A stretch of DNA of 64,000 nt from Leucoraja ocellata (lineage: Eukaryota). The notes beneath the pieces were generated by a model. The model was given only the letters and a program-made list of their open reading frames with translations, searched no databases and was not told the DNA's origin. Below are positions 49,701 to 63,700 of the stretch, piece after piece. The translations under genes were made by a program, and so were the position numbers. Location of the stretch: the NCBI GenBank assembly GCA_036785375.1, contig JAWMAR010000307.1, positions 1,674,001 through 1,738,000 on the forward strand, read 5' to 3'. Positions within the stretch are counted from its first letter, which is position 1, and every line of letters starts with the position of its first letter.

Positions 49701-52700
49701 AGGGGTTTATATGGGTTTAGAGAGGTTAGAGGGCTTTATAGGGGGGTTGGAGGGGTTTCGTGAGGCTTACATGGGATTAGAGGGGTTTACAGGGGGTTTA
49801 GGTGGGTTTAGAGGACGTTAAAGGGTTTTACAGGTGGTCTCGAGGGGTTTACAGGGGTGTGCAGGCAGTTACTGGGGCTTAGAGGGGTTTTCCGGGGTTT
49901 GCAGGGGATTAGTGGTTAGAGGGGTTTACAGGGGGTTTTGATGGGTTTAGAGGGGTTTACATGGGGTTTGCAAGGGTATAGAGTGGTTTAGAGAGGTTCA
50001 TGGGGGGTTTAGAGAGGTTTACATGGATTTAGAGGGGATTCCATGAGGTTTACAGGGGGTTTAGATTGGTTTAGAGGGCGCTATAGGGGCTTACTGGGGG
50101 GGGAGGTGTCGAGGGGTTTACATGCGTTTACTGGGGCTTAGACGGGTTTACTGTAGTTTGCATGGGATTAGAGGTGTTTAGAGGGGTTTACAGGGGTTTA
50201 GATGGGTTTACAGATGTTTAGAGGGGTTTACAGGGAGTTTGAGGGGTTTACATGGGGTTTAGATGGGTTTAGAATGTTTTATATGGGTTTAGAGGGGTTT
50301 AGAGGGGGTTGCAAGTGTTTGCAGGTGTTTAGAGAGCTTTAACGGGGTTTAGAGAGGTTTAGACGGCTTTAGAGGGTTTGAGAAAGTATTACAGGGGTGT
50401 AGAGGGGTTTACAGTATTTTGAGGATTTTAGAGGGGTTTACAGGTGTGTAGAAGTGTTTACATGGTGTTTACATGGGTTTAGAGGGGGTTAGAGGGCTTT
50501 ATATGGGGTTTGGAGGGGTTTAGAGAGGTTTACAATGCTTTAGAGGGGTTTACATGGGGTTTACAGGGGGTTTAGATGAGTTTAGATAGGTTTACAGGGG
50601 GTTTAGAGGGGTTTGCAGGGGATTCGCGGCGTTTAAAGGTGTTTACCAGTGTTTAGAGTGGTTTATAGGTGATTAGGGGGGTTACATGGGGTTTACAGGG
50701 CTATATAGGGGTCTACAGGGGGTTACGTAGGTTTTGAGGGGTGTAGCGGGCTTTATAGGGGTTTAGAGGCGTTCAAGGTTGTATACAGGTGTTTAGAGGG
50801 GTTTAACTTGGGGTTAACAGGGGGTTTATAGGGGTTTAGATGGCTTTATAGGGTGTTTGGAGGGATTTGGAGGGATTTATAGGGGTTTGCATGGGGTTTG
50901 GAGGTGGCTGGAGAGGTATAGAGCGGATTGGATGGGATTTGGAGGGGTTTCCAGGGGTTTAGAGTGGTTTGGAGGGATTTACATCGGTTTGGGGGGATTT
51001 TCAGACGTTTAGAGGGATTGAGTGTTTCAATTGGGTTTCAAGGGGGTTAGAGGGTTTTAAATGTGTTTAGAGGGGGTTAGAGGGGTTTAGAGGGCCTTAG
51101 AGAAGTTTACAGGGGTTTAGAAGGGCACAGAGGTTTAGGGGGGTTTACATGGGGTTTACAGATGTTTAGGGGGATTTACATGGGTTTAGAGGGGTTAGAG
51201 GGATTTACAGTGCTTTAGAGGGATTTACAGGTGTTTAGACTGGTCTACGTGTGTTTGCAGGTGTTTAGAGAGGTTTTCAGGGGGTTAGAGGTGTTTAGAA
51301 GGGATTAGAGGGGTTTACAGTGGTTTACGTGTTTAGAGTTGTTTACAGGTGTTTTCAGGGGTTTAGATGGTTCCACAGGCGTTTAAAAGGTTTAGAGTCA
51401 TTTACAGGGGTTTACATAGGGTTTACATGTGTTTAGAGGATTTTAGAGAGGTTTACAGGGGCGTGGAGGGTTTTAAGTGGTTAGGGGGGGTTACATGGGG
51501 ATTACAGGGGTTTGGGGGTGGGGGTTTACAGGGGTTTAGTGGGTGTTAGGGAGGTTTACATGGTTTGAGGCGGGTTTACAGGGGGTTAGGGGAGTTGCAT
51601 GGGGTTTACAGGGGTTATAGTGGGTTTTGAGGGTAGAGGGCTTTATAGAGGTTTAGAGGGGTTTACAGGCTTTTAGATAGGGTTAGAGAGCTTTATAGGG
51701 GTTGAGAGGGGTTTACAGAGGTTTAGACGGGCTTACATGATGTTTACAGGGGGGCTAGATGGGTTTAGAGGGGTTTACAGGGGGTTAGAAGAGTTTGGAT
51801 GGGCGTTTACAGGGGTTTGGAGGGGATTGGAGGGGTTGGGGGAGATTTAGAGCAGTTTGGAGGGTTTGGAGGGGTTTAGAAATGTTTAGGTTTAAAGGTG
51901 TTTAGAGGGGTTCAGATGCATTTACAGGGGATTTACAGGGGCTGAGGGGTTTGGAGGGATTTGGAGTTACTGGGAGTTAAAGATGTTTAGGGAGGTTTAC
52001 ATGGGTGTACAGTGGTTTACAGGGGGTTTATAGGTGTTTACAGGGGTTTACTGGGTTTGGAAGAGTTTACATGTGGGTTTACAGGTGTAGAGAGGTTTAG
52101 AACGGTTTACAGGGGGTTTGGAGGATTTTAGAGGTTTACAGGGGTTTAGAGGAGTTTTACATGCGTTTAGGGGGGTTAGATGTGGTTTAAAGGGGTTTAG
52201 GGGGTTTATATGGTGTTTACAGGCAGTTTAGATGGGTTTAGAGGGGTTTACGGGGCTTTATAGGGGTTTAGAGGGGATAGAGGGGTTTACATGGGTTTTA
52301 GAGGGGTTTACCGGGATTTATTGCGGTTAAGAGGTGTTTAGAGTGGTTCACAGTGGTTTAGAGGGGTTTACATGAGGTTTACAGAGGGGTTTATAGGGGG
52401 TTTAGAGGGCTTTATATTGGATTAGAGAGATCTGGAGAGTTTTAGAGCGGTTTGGAGGAATGAGGAGGGGTTTGGAGGGGTTTACATTGGTTTAGGGGGG
52501 TTTACATGGGGTTTACATAGGGTTTAGACGGGTTTAGTGGGCTCTATCTGGGGTTTTGAGGGGTTTACCGGGGTTTGCACGGGTTTAGAGGGCTTTACAG
52601 GGGTTTAGAGGGGTTTAGAGTGATTTAGATGGGTTTAGTGAGGTTTACAGGAGTTACGGGTGTTTACAAGTGAAAAGAGGTTTAGGGGGGTTTACCTGGA

Positions 52701-54024
52701 TTTGCAGGGGAATAGAGGTGTTTAGAGCGGTTTACAGGGGTGTAGAGGGGTTACAGGGGGTTAGAGGGGTTTGCATGGGGTTTACAGGGGATCTAGAGGG
52801 GTTTTGAGGGCATTATATGGGTTTACAGGGAGTCTAGAGGGGTTTACGGGGGTTTACAAGCGTTTACTGGGGCTTAGGGGGGTTTACTGGGGTTTGTAGG
52901 GGTTTGGAGGTGTTTAGAGGGGTTTACATGGGTTTAGAGGGGTTTATAGATGATTAGGGGGCTCATATGGGGTTTACAGGGGGATAGAGCGGTTTATATG
53001 GTGTTTACAGGTGGTTTAGAGGGGTTATAGGGGGTTTGGAGGAATTTGGAGCGGTTTTGAGGGATTTAGAGGGGGTTTGCATGGGGTTTGGAGGTGGCTG
53101 GAGAGGTTTAGAGTGGATTGGATGGGATTTGGAGGGGTTTAGTTGGGTTTAGAGGGATTTAAATGTGTTTAGTGGGGTTTAGAGGGGTTTACTTGTGTTC
53201 ACAGGTATTTAGAGTAGTTTAGAGAGGTTTAGAGGGTTTTAGAGATGTTTGCAGGGGTTTAGAAAGGTTTACAGGGGCTTATGGGGGTTTCCATCGTGTT
53301 TACATGGGGTTTACAAGGGGTTTAGACGGGTTTACAGGTGGTTTACAGGCTTTTTGAGGGGTTAGAGGGGTTTACATGGTGTTTATAGGGGGGGTTTAGA
53401 TGGCTTTACAATCGGTTAGAAGGGGTTGGATCGGGGTTTAGAGGGGTTTGGAGGTGATTGGAGGGGTCGGGAGAGGTTTAGAGCCGTCTGGAGGGGTTTA
53501 TAGGGGTTTAGAAATGTTTAGAGGGGGTTAGCGGTGTTTTGAGGGGTTTACATGGGTTTACAGGGGTTTAGTTGGGTTTAGAGGGGTTTACCAGGATTTA
53601 TTGCGGTTAAGAGGCGTTTAGAGTGGTTCACAGGGGTTTAGAGGGGTTTACATGAGGTTTACAGGGCGTTTAACGGGGGGTTAGAGGGCGTTATATGGGT
53701 TTAGTGGAATTCGGAGGGGTTTGGAGGTGTTTAGCGAGGTGTGGGGCGGTTTGGAGGAATAAGGAGGGGTTTAGAGGGGTTTACAGTTGTTTGCAGTGGT
53801 TTCGAGTGGTTTACAGAGGCTTATGGGGGGTTTACATCGTGTTTACAGGGTTTAGGGGGTCTTAAATTGGGTTTACAGTGGGTTTAGTGAGGTTTAGCGG
53901 GGTTAGAGGGATGTACAGGACTTTAGAGGGATTTACATGTGTTTAGATCGGTTTATAGGGTTTTAGATGAGTTTAGAGGGGTTTAGAGTGGTTTAAATGT
54001 GTTTGCATGTGTTTAGAGAGGTTT

Positions 54025-54726
54025 AGATAGATAGATATGCCATTTATTGTCACTATACATGTACAATGAGAGTAAAAGCAGCTCGTACTCAGTGCATACA
54101 TATAATTTAGTACAAAAAACAAGAAACAGAAAACAAAACAAAAGGGGGGAGGGAATAGGTGCACAATTCTGCGGCGCTATATACATATCTATAAAGGCAA
54201 AATAGTGAAGGATGAATAGGTAATATTCTTAGGCAGATGTTTAAAGATTATATTAAATATTAAAAAATGTTTTAAAAAATATTAAAAATTGCAGTTACAA
54301 TACACATTACAGTTCCAAATTTCAGTACGTGGATAGAATAGATGGAAGTCCGGGTGCTGGGCTGTGAAGTCAGTGCATGTGTGAATTAAGAGTAGTTATG
54401 ACTTTTGGAAAACAACTATTCCTGAGTCTATTTGTCTTAGTTTTGATGCACCTATAGCGCCTTCAGGAGGGCAGCAGGTCGAACAGTCCAAACGCAGGAT
54501 GGGAGCTGTCCTTGATGATATTCTTTGCCCTGCTAAGGCAGCGGGAGGTGTAAATATCCATCAGGGAGGGTAGAGAGCTGTCCTAGTTACCCTCTGAAGC
54601 CTCTCCCGGTCTGCCATGGTGCAGCTGCCGTACCATGCTGTAATGCAGTATGTCAGCAGGCTCTCGATGGACGAGCGGTAGAAGGTCAGCAGCAGGTTAG
54701 AGTCCAGGTTGTGCTTCCTGAGAACA
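54025..54726 (-). mobile_element. Rex1/Rex-Babar LINE 3' fragment inserted in the satellite
   Basis: Minus-strand translation VLRKHNLDSNLLLTFYRSSIESLLTYCITAWYGSC is typical of the Rex1 ORF C-terminus; (AGAT)n tail with tttattgtcac. Confidence 0.85.
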
Positions 54727-57700
54727 GTGGGTTTAAAGGGTTTGCATGGGGTTTACAGGGGATCTAGAGGGGTTGTGAGGGCATTATATGGGTTTACAGG
54801 GGGTCTAGAGGGGTTTACGGGGGTTTACAAGCGTTTACTGGAGATTAGGGGGGTTTACCGGGGTTTGTAGGGGATTGAAGGTGTTTAGAGGGGTTTAGAG
54901 GGGTTTATAGGGGGTTGGAGAAATTTGGAGCGGTTTTGAGGGATTTAGACGGGGCTTGCATGCGGTTTGGAGGTGGCTGGAGAGGTTTAGAGCGTTATTG
55001 GATGGGATTTGGAGGGTTTTAGTTGGGTTTAGAGGGGGTTGAGAGGTTTGGAGGGGTTTAGAGGGATTTAAATGTGTTTAGTGGGGTTTAGAGGGGTTTA
55101 CTTGTGTTCACGGGTATTTAGAGGGTTTTAGAGAGGTTTGCAGGGGTTTAGAAAGGTTTACAGGGGCTTATGGGGGTTTCCATCGTGTTTACATGGGGTT
55201 TACAGGGGGGTTTAGATGGGTTTTGAGGGGGTTAGAGGGCTTTATAGAGGTTTATAGGGGTTTACAGGCTTTTAGAGGGCTTTATAGAGGGTTTAGAGGG
55301 GGTTTACATGGGTTTAGACGGGTTTACATGGTGTTTATAGGGGGGTTTAAATGGCTTTACAATCATTTACAAGGGGTTGGATCGGGGTTTAGAGGGGGTT
55401 GGAGGTGATTGGAGGGGTCGGGAGAGGTTTAGAGCCGGTTGGAGGGGTTTACAGGGGCTTACATGGCGTTTAGATGGGTTTAAAGGGGTTTGCAGGTGGT
55501 TAGAGAGGTTTTGAGGTGTTTAGACGGCTTTAGAGGGTTTTACGGGGGTTTACATGAGGGTTTAGGGGTGTTTACATGGCTATAGGGGTTTAGATGGCTA
55601 CAGGAGTTTAGAGGCGTTTACTGGTTCACAGTGGTTTAGAGGGGTTACATGGGGTTTACATGATGTTTATAGGTGGTATGGTGGCTTTATAGGGGTTCGG
55701 AGGTATCTAGAGAGGTTTAGAGCGGTTTGGAGACTTTGGAGGGGTTAGGGGGGTTTAGACTGGGTTACAGTGGTTTGGATGGGTTTACAGGGATTTATAT
55801 CGGTTTAGAGGGATTCACAGGGGTTTAGAGGGATTTAGAGGGTTTTAGATGGGTTTGCACGGGGTTTATTGGGGTTTACAACTGTTTACAGGTATTTAGA
55901 GAGGTTTCAGAGGGGTTGAGGGGTTGAGGGGTTGAGGGGTTTAGAGGGTTTAGAGGTGTTTACAGGGTTTTAGGGGGTTTACATTGGGTTCAGAGCAGGT
56001 TTAGAGGGGTTTAGAGTTTGGATAGTGGGGTTTAGAGAGGTTTACAGCGGGTTTAGAGGGGTTTAGAGCGGTTACACGGGTTCAGGGGGATTTACATGGG
56101 ATTTACAGGGGTATATGGGGTGTACATGGTGTATACTGGGGTTTAGAGGGGGTTCGAGTGGTTTGGAGGGGTTTAGAGCACTTTGCATCGGTTTACAGGG
56201 ACTTAGAGGGGTTTACAGGTTATTACATGTGCTTGCAGATGTTTAGCGAGGTTTAGAGTGGTTTAGGGGGTTTATATGGGCGTAGAGGGTTTTAGAGATG
56301 CTTAGAGAGGTTTGCAGGGGTTTAAAAGGATTTACCGGGGATTATAGTGGTTTAGAGGGGTTTAGCGTGGTTTACAGGGGTTTAGAGATGTTTACATGGG
56401 GTTTAGAGGGGTTTACATGGGGTTTACAGGGGGGTTAGATGGTTATAGAGGCTTTACCGGGGTTCACAGTGGTCTAGAGGGGTTTACAGGAGTTTACAGG
56501 CGTCTACTGGGGCTTAGCGGCGTTTACTGCGGTTTACATGTGATTAAAGGTGTTTAGAGCGGTTTACAGGGGTTTGGAGGGGTTTACACGTGTTTAGAGG
56601 GAGTTAGAGGGATTTATATGAGGGGTTTTAGATGGGTTTAGAGGGGTTTACAGGTGTTTGCAGATGTTTAGAGGGATTTAGAGTGTTTTAGAGAGGTTTA
56701 CAGAGGTTCACATGGGTTAGGGGGGGTCTACATGGGGTTTAGATGGGTTTTGAGGGGTTTGAGTGTTTTAAATGGTTTTAGAGGGGTTTACAGGGTTAAG
56801 AGGGCTTTATAAGGGTTTAGAGGGGTTGTGAGTGGTTTGCAGGCGTTTAGATGTGTTTACATGGGGTTTACAGGTGGTGTAGATGGGGTTAGAGGGCTTT
56901 ACATGGGGTTTAGAGGGCTTTGGACGGGGGTTTAGAGGGGGGTTGGAGGAGTCTGGAGAGGTTTAGCTTGGATGGGTTTAGAGATGTCTAGAGGGAGTTA
57001 GAGGGGTTTACAGGGGGTTTAGAGGTGTGTCGAGGGGTTCAGATGCATTTACAGGGGGTTTACAGGGGGTGTAGAGGGGTTTAGAGGGATTTAAAGGTGT
57101 TTACAGGGTTTTAGAGATGTTTAGAGAGGTTTACATGGGTTCACAATCATTTACAAGGGTTTAGAGGTGTTTAGTATGGTTTACAGGGGTTTAGAGTTTA
57201 CATGGGGTTTACTGGTGTTTACAGGTGTAGAGAGGTTTAGAAGAATTTACAGGGATTTAGAGAGGTTTACAGGGGTTTAGAGGGGTTTATGGGACTTTAG
57301 AGGGGTTTAGCGGGCTTTATACGGAGGCGTTTAGAGGGGTTAGATGGGGGTTTATATGGGTTTAGAAGGTACAGCGGTTTAGAGGGTTTTGAGGGTTTTA
57401 GATAGGTTTACATGGGGTTTACAGGGGGGTTAGATGGTTTTAGAGGGCTTTACCTGGGTTTACAGGGGTTTTAGAGGAGTTTAGAGGATTTACAGGGTTT
57501 TAGAGGGGTTAAGAGGGCTTTATAAGGTTTAGAGGGGTTGCGAGTTGTTTGCAGGCGTTTAGACGTGTTTACATGGGGTTTACAGGGGGTCTAGATGTGG
57601 TTAGAGGACTTTACATGGGGTTTAGAGGGCTTTGGATAGGGGTTTGGAGGGGGTTGGAGGAGTCCGGAGAGGTTTAGTTTGGAAGGGTTTAGAGATGTTT

Positions 57701-60700
57701 AGAGGGGTTATGAGGGGTTTAGAGGCGTGTAGAGGGTTTCAGATGCATTTACAGGGGCGTAGAGGGGTTTAGAGGGGTTTAAAACGGTTTAGAGCGGTTT
57801 TGGTTTTGACGAGTTTACATTGGGTTTACCAGGGGTTTAGAGGGGTTTGGATGGTGTCTGTCTGGGTTTGGTGGGGATTGGAGGGTTCTGGAGAGGATTG
57901 GAGGGGTTTAGAGGGGTTTAGAGTGGATTTCAGGTGTTTGGAGGTTTGGACGGGTTTACAATGTTTAGAGGCGTTAACAAGGGTGTAGAGGGGTTTACTT
58001 GCGGTTTACAGGGGGTTTAGATGGGTTTATGTGAGTTTATAGGGGGGTTTAGAGGGCTTTATACGGGTTTAGAGGCGTTTAGAGTGGTTCACCTGGGTTT
58101 CGATGGGTTTACATGGGGTTTACAGGGGTTTACAAGGGGTGTATATGTGTTTAGAGGGCTTTATATGGGCTTAGAGAGGTTTGGAGGTGTTTAGATGGTT
58201 TTGGGGAGGTTTAGATGGGTCTGGAGCGGTTTAGATCGGTTTGGATGGATTCAGAAGGGTTTAGATGGGGTTAGAGGGGTTTGGTGGGGTTTAGAGGGTT
58301 TTACCTGGGTTTAGAGTGTACAGGGGTTTAGAGCAGTTTAGAGAGTTTTAGATGGGTTTGGGGGGGGGGGGTTAGAGAGGTTTCTATGTGTTTACAAGTG
58401 TTTACAGGTGGGGTTTAGAGTGGTTTAGAGGGTTTTAGGGGGTTTACAGGCGTTTAGGGGGGTTTGCATGGGGTTACATGGGATTACATAGGATAGGTTT
58501 ACATGGGTGTGGAGGGCTTTCGAGGGGGTTAGAGGGGTTTAGAGGTGTTTACATGGGTTTGGAGGGCTGTAGATGATTGGAGCGGTTTGGAGGGGGTCGG
58601 AAGGGGTTTAGAGGGGTTATAAGGTGTTAGAGGGATTTACATGGGTTTTGAGGGATTTGCATAGGTTTAGATGGGTTCAGACGGTTTTAGATAGGTTCAG
58701 AGGGATGTAGAGGGGTTTACGGGTGTTTGCAGTTGTTTAGAGAGGTTTTGAGTGGTGTAGAAGGGTGTACAGTGATATATGGTGTTTTACATGGGATTTA
58801 CATGGGAGTTTAAATGGGTTTAGAGGGCTTTATATGAGTTTGGAGGGGTTAAGAGGGGTTTACATGGGTTTATGGGTTTACAGGGGTTGACAGGAGGGTT
58901 AAAAGGATTTACAGGGGGTTAGTGGTTCAGAGGCTTTTCGATTGGTTTAGAGGGGTTTAGAGGGTTTCGAGAGGTTTACAGATGTTAGTAGGGGCGTAGA
59001 GGAATTTAGAGGTGTTTATAAGGTTTTAGAGATGTTTAGAGATGTTTACATGGGTTCAAAGTCGTTTACAAGGATTTAGAGGCGTTTAGTGCGGTTTACA
59101 GAGGTTTAGAGTTTACATGGGGTTTACAGGTGTTTACAGGTGTAGAGAGGTTTGCAAGGGTTTACATGGCTTTATAGGGGGTTTAGAGGGGTTTACATGG
59201 GTTTGGAGGGGTTTAGCGGGCTTTATTCCGGTTTAGAGGCGTTTAAAATGAATCACATGGATTTAGAGGAGTTTACATGAAGTTTACAGGGTGGATAGAG
59301 GTTTAGAGGGGTTTATATGGGTGGGTGGATGTTGGATGGGTTTAGAGGGGTTTGGGGCGGTTTGGAGTAGTTTGGAGATATTTAGAGGGGGTTAGATGGG
59401 TTTGGAGGGGTTTAGAGAGATTCACAGTTGTTCAGAGATGTTTAGAGTGGTTTAGAGAGTTTTAGGGAGGATTACAGGGGGGTTTAGATGGGTTTACAGG
59501 GGGTTAGGGTGTTTACATGAGGTTTACAGGGGTTTTGGAGGGTGTACATCGAGTTTGCAGGGGGTTCAGATGGGTTTACGGGGCTTTATAGGGGTGTATA
59601 GAGGTTTACATGGCTTTAGACGGGTTTAACGGGCTTTATACGGGTTTAGGGGCGTTTAGAGTGGTTCACCGGGGTTCAGATGGGTTTAGAGTGGGTTTAC
59701 AGGGGGTTATATGGGTTTCGAGTGGTTTACAGGGGTTTATATGGGTTTAGAGTGCTTTAGAGGGGTTTACATGGGGTTAACACCGGTTTAGGGGGTTACC
59801 TGGGGTTTACAGGGGTTTAGAGGGGTTTACAGGGTGTTCGAGGGGTTTAGAGGGCTATAGGAATTTAGAGGGGTTTGGGTTTAGACGCGTTTACCTAGGG
59901 TTTACAGCGGGTTTGGATGGTGTTTAGAGGGGTTTGGTGGGGATTGGAGCTTTCTACAGAGGATTAGAGCGGTTTGGAGGGGTTTACATGGGGCTTACAA
60001 GGGTGTATACGGGTTTAGATGACTTTATATGGGTTTGGAGGGGTTTAGAGGGTTTGGAGGGGGTTGGATGGGTCTGGAGAGGTTTGGAGGGGGTTAGAGG
60101 GATTTAGAGGGGGTTAGAGGGGTTTTGCGGAGTTTGGACGGATTTACATGGGTTTAGGGGGTACAGGGGTTTAGAGGGGTTTCGATGGTTTTATAGGGGT
60201 TTAGAGGTTTTTAGATGGGTTTATTGGTGTTTAGAGAGGTTTACAGGTGTTTAGAGAGGTTTACAGGTGTTTAGAGAGGTTTACAGGTGTTTACAAGTGT
60301 TTACAGGTGTTTAGAGAGGTTTAGGGGTTTCGAGAGGGATTACAGGGGATTAGAGGAGTTTATAGAGGATTAGAGGGTTTTAGAGGGGTTTGCAGGGGTT
60401 TTTCGGGGGTTAGAATGTTGTATGGGTGTTTAGAGGAGTAGAGTGTTTTAGATTGTTTTAGCGGGGTTTAGAGGGGTTTAAAGGGGTTGACAGGTGTTTA
60501 CATGTGTGGAGAGGTTTAGAGGAATTTACATGGATTTAAAGGGTTTTAGAGAGGTTTTAGATGGGTTTAGCGGGTTTAGAGGAGTTTACAGGGGTTTACA
60601 GGTGTTTACCGGTGTAGAGAGATTTAGGGGTTTAAAACGGTTTAGAGCGGTTTGGGTTTTGACGAGTTTACATTGGGTTACAAGGGTTTAGAGGGGTTTG

Positions 60701-63700
60701 GATGGTGTCTGTCGGGGTTTGGTGGGGATTGGAGGGTTCTGGAGAGGATTGGAGGGGATTAGAGGGGTTTAGAGTGGATTTCAGGTGTTTGGAGGTTTGG
60801 ACGGGTTTACAGTGTTTAGAGGCGTTAACAAGGGTGTAGAGGGGTTTACAGGGGGTTTAGATGGGTTTATATGGGTTTATGGGGGGGTTTAGAGTGGTTT
60901 AGAGGGGTTTAGAGTGGTTCACCTGGGTTTCGATGGGTTTACATGGGGTTTACAAGGGGTGTATATGTGTTTAGAGGGCTTTACATGGGGTTAGAGAGGT
61001 TTGGAGGTGTTTAGATGGTTTTGGGGAAGTTTAGATGGATCTGGAGCAGTTTAGAGCGGTTTGGAGGGATTTAGACGGGTTTAGATGGGTTAGAGGGGTT
61101 TGGTGGGTTTAGAGTGTACAGGGGTTTAGAGGGTTTTAGATGGGTTTGGGGGGTTTAGAGAGGTTTATATGTGTTTACAGGTGGGGTTTAGAGTGGTTTA
61201 GAGGGTTTTAGGGGGTTTACAGGCATTTAGGGGGGTTTGCATAGGGTTACATGGGATTACATAGGATAGGTTTACATGGGTGTGGAGGGCTTTCAAGGGG
61301 GTTAGAGGGGTTAGAGGTGTTTACATGGGTTTGGAGGGCTGTAGATAATTGGAGCGGCTTGGAGGGGGTCGGAAGGGGTTTAGAGGGGTTATAAGGTGTT
61401 AGAGGGATTTACATGGGTTTAGAGGGGTTTACATAGGTTTAGATGGGGTTCAGAAGGTTTTAGATAGGTTTAGAGGGATGTAGAGGGGTTTACGGGTGTT
61501 TGCAGTTGTTTAGAGAGGTTTTGAGTGGTTTAGAAGGGTGTGCAGTGGTATATGGTGTTTTACATGGGATTTACATGGGGGTTTAAATGGGTTTACAGGG
61601 GTTTAGAGGGCTTTATATGAGTTTGGAGGGGTTAAGAGGGTTTACATGGGTTTATGGGTTTACAGGGGTTGACAGGAGGGTTAAAAGGATTTACAGGGGG
61701 TTAGTGGTTCAGAGGCTTTTCGATTGGTTTAGAGGGGTTTAGAGGGGTTTCGAGAGGTTTACAGGGGGTTTGGTAGGTTTTACATGGGGTTCACATGCGG
61801 TTTAGATGGGTTTACAGGGGTATAGAGGGCAATAAGGGTTTAGATGGGTTTACAGGGGTATAGAGGGCAATAACGGCTTAGATGGGTTTACAGGGGGTTT
61901 AGAGGGCTTGATACGGGGTTAAAGGAGTTTATAGGGGGTTTAGAGGGGTTTAGCGGGCTATATACAGGTTTAGAGGCGTTTAGAGTGGTTCATCTGGGTT
62001 TAGATGGGTTTACATGGGGGTTACAGGGGGTCTGTATGGGTTTAGATGGCTTTATATGGGTTTAGAGGGGTTTGGATGGGATTTGGAGGGGATTAGAGGG
62101 TTTTGGATGGGTCTGGAGAGGCTTAGAGCGGTTTGGAGGGGTTTCAAGGGGTTTAGAGGGGGGTGGTGAGGTTTAGAGGGATTTACATGGGTTTAGAGAG
62201 TACAGGGGTTTACATGAGGTTTACAGCGGTTTAGGGGGGTTTGCCTGGGGTTTAGAGGGATTCTGAAGGATTTAGAGAGCTTTATCGGGGTTTAGATGGG
62301 TTTACAGGGTATTAGAGGGGTTTAGAGGGCTATAGGGATTTTGAGGGGTTTAGAGAAGTTTGGGTTTAGATGGGTTTACGTGGGGTTTACAAGGGGTTTA
62401 GATGAGGTTTGGTGTGGATTGGAGGGTTCTGGAGAGGATTAGAGCTGTTTGGAGGGGTATGGAGGGGTTTAGAGAGGTTTAGAGGGGATTACATGTGTTT
62501 GGGGAGGTTTGGAGGGGTTTACAGGGGTTTCGATGGGTTAACAGGGTGTAGAGGGGTTTACATGAGGTTTACGGGGGTTTATAGTGGTTTAAGAGGGTTT
62601 GGAGGGGTTTAGAGGGGTTTGAGAAGTTTGGAGGGGTCTGGAGAGGTTTAGAGCGGTTTGGAGGGGTTCAGATGGGTTTAGAGGGGGTTAGAGGGGATTG
62701 GAGGAGTTTAGAGGGGGTGTACATGTGTTCAGAGTGGTTAACATGGTCTAGAAGTGTTTAGAGGGGTTTAGATGCGTTTACAGGGATTTAGAGGGGTTTA
62801 GAGGATTTAGAGTTATTTACGGGAGTTTCGAGATGTGTAGTGTGGTTTACGTGGGTTTACAGTGGTTTACATGGTTTTAGAGGGGTTTAGAGTGGTTTAA
62901 AGACGTCTAGAGGGGATTAGAAGGATTTACATGAGTTTAGAAGGGTTTGGAAGGTTTTAAATGGGTTTAGTGCGGTTTGGAGTGGTTTACAGGGGTTTAC
63001 AGCTTTTTACAGGTGTAGATAGGTTTAGAAGAGTTTACAGGGGGTTAGAGGGGTTTAGAGGGGTTTACATGGCTTTATAGGGGTTAGAGGGGTTGAGAGC
63101 GCTTTGGGTTCAGATGAGTTTACATTGGGTTTACAAGGGGTTTAGAGGGGTTTGGCGGGGTTTGGTGGGGATTGGAGGATTCTGAAGAGGATTAGATCGG
63201 TATGGAGGGGTTTAGAGGGGTTTAGAGTGGGTTTCAGGTGTTTGGAGGTTGGACGGGTTTACAGTGTTTAGAGGGGTTAACAGCGGTGTAGAGGGGGTTA
63301 CATGCGGTTTACAGGGGGTTTAGATGGGTTTATATGGGTGTATGTGGGTTTACAGGGGTTTAGAGGGGTTTAACGGGCCTTTATACGGGTTTAGAGGTGT
63401 TTATAGTGGTTCACCGGGGTTTTGATGGGTTTACATGGGGTTTACAGGGGTGTATATGGGTTTAGAGGGCTTTATATGGGTTTAGCGGGGTTTGGAGGGG
63501 TTTAGATGGGTCTGGAGCGGTTTAGAGCGGTTTGGAGGGGCTTGGAGGGATTTAGAGGGGTTTGGAAGAGGGTTAGAGGGGTTTGGTGGGGTTTAGAGGA
63601 TTGTATCTAGGTTTAGAGTGTACAGGGGATTAGAGGGGTTTGGAGGGTTTTCGATGGGTTCAGGGCGGTTTAGAGAAATTTACAGGTGTTTACAGCTGAG

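Noticed and set aside
28704-62612. Many G/R/L/F-rich ORFs in the satellite, including three identical 93-aa ORFs
   Set aside because: They are translations of the 10-mer repeat, and their identity comes from the 2720-bp duplication. No splice or promoter evidence.
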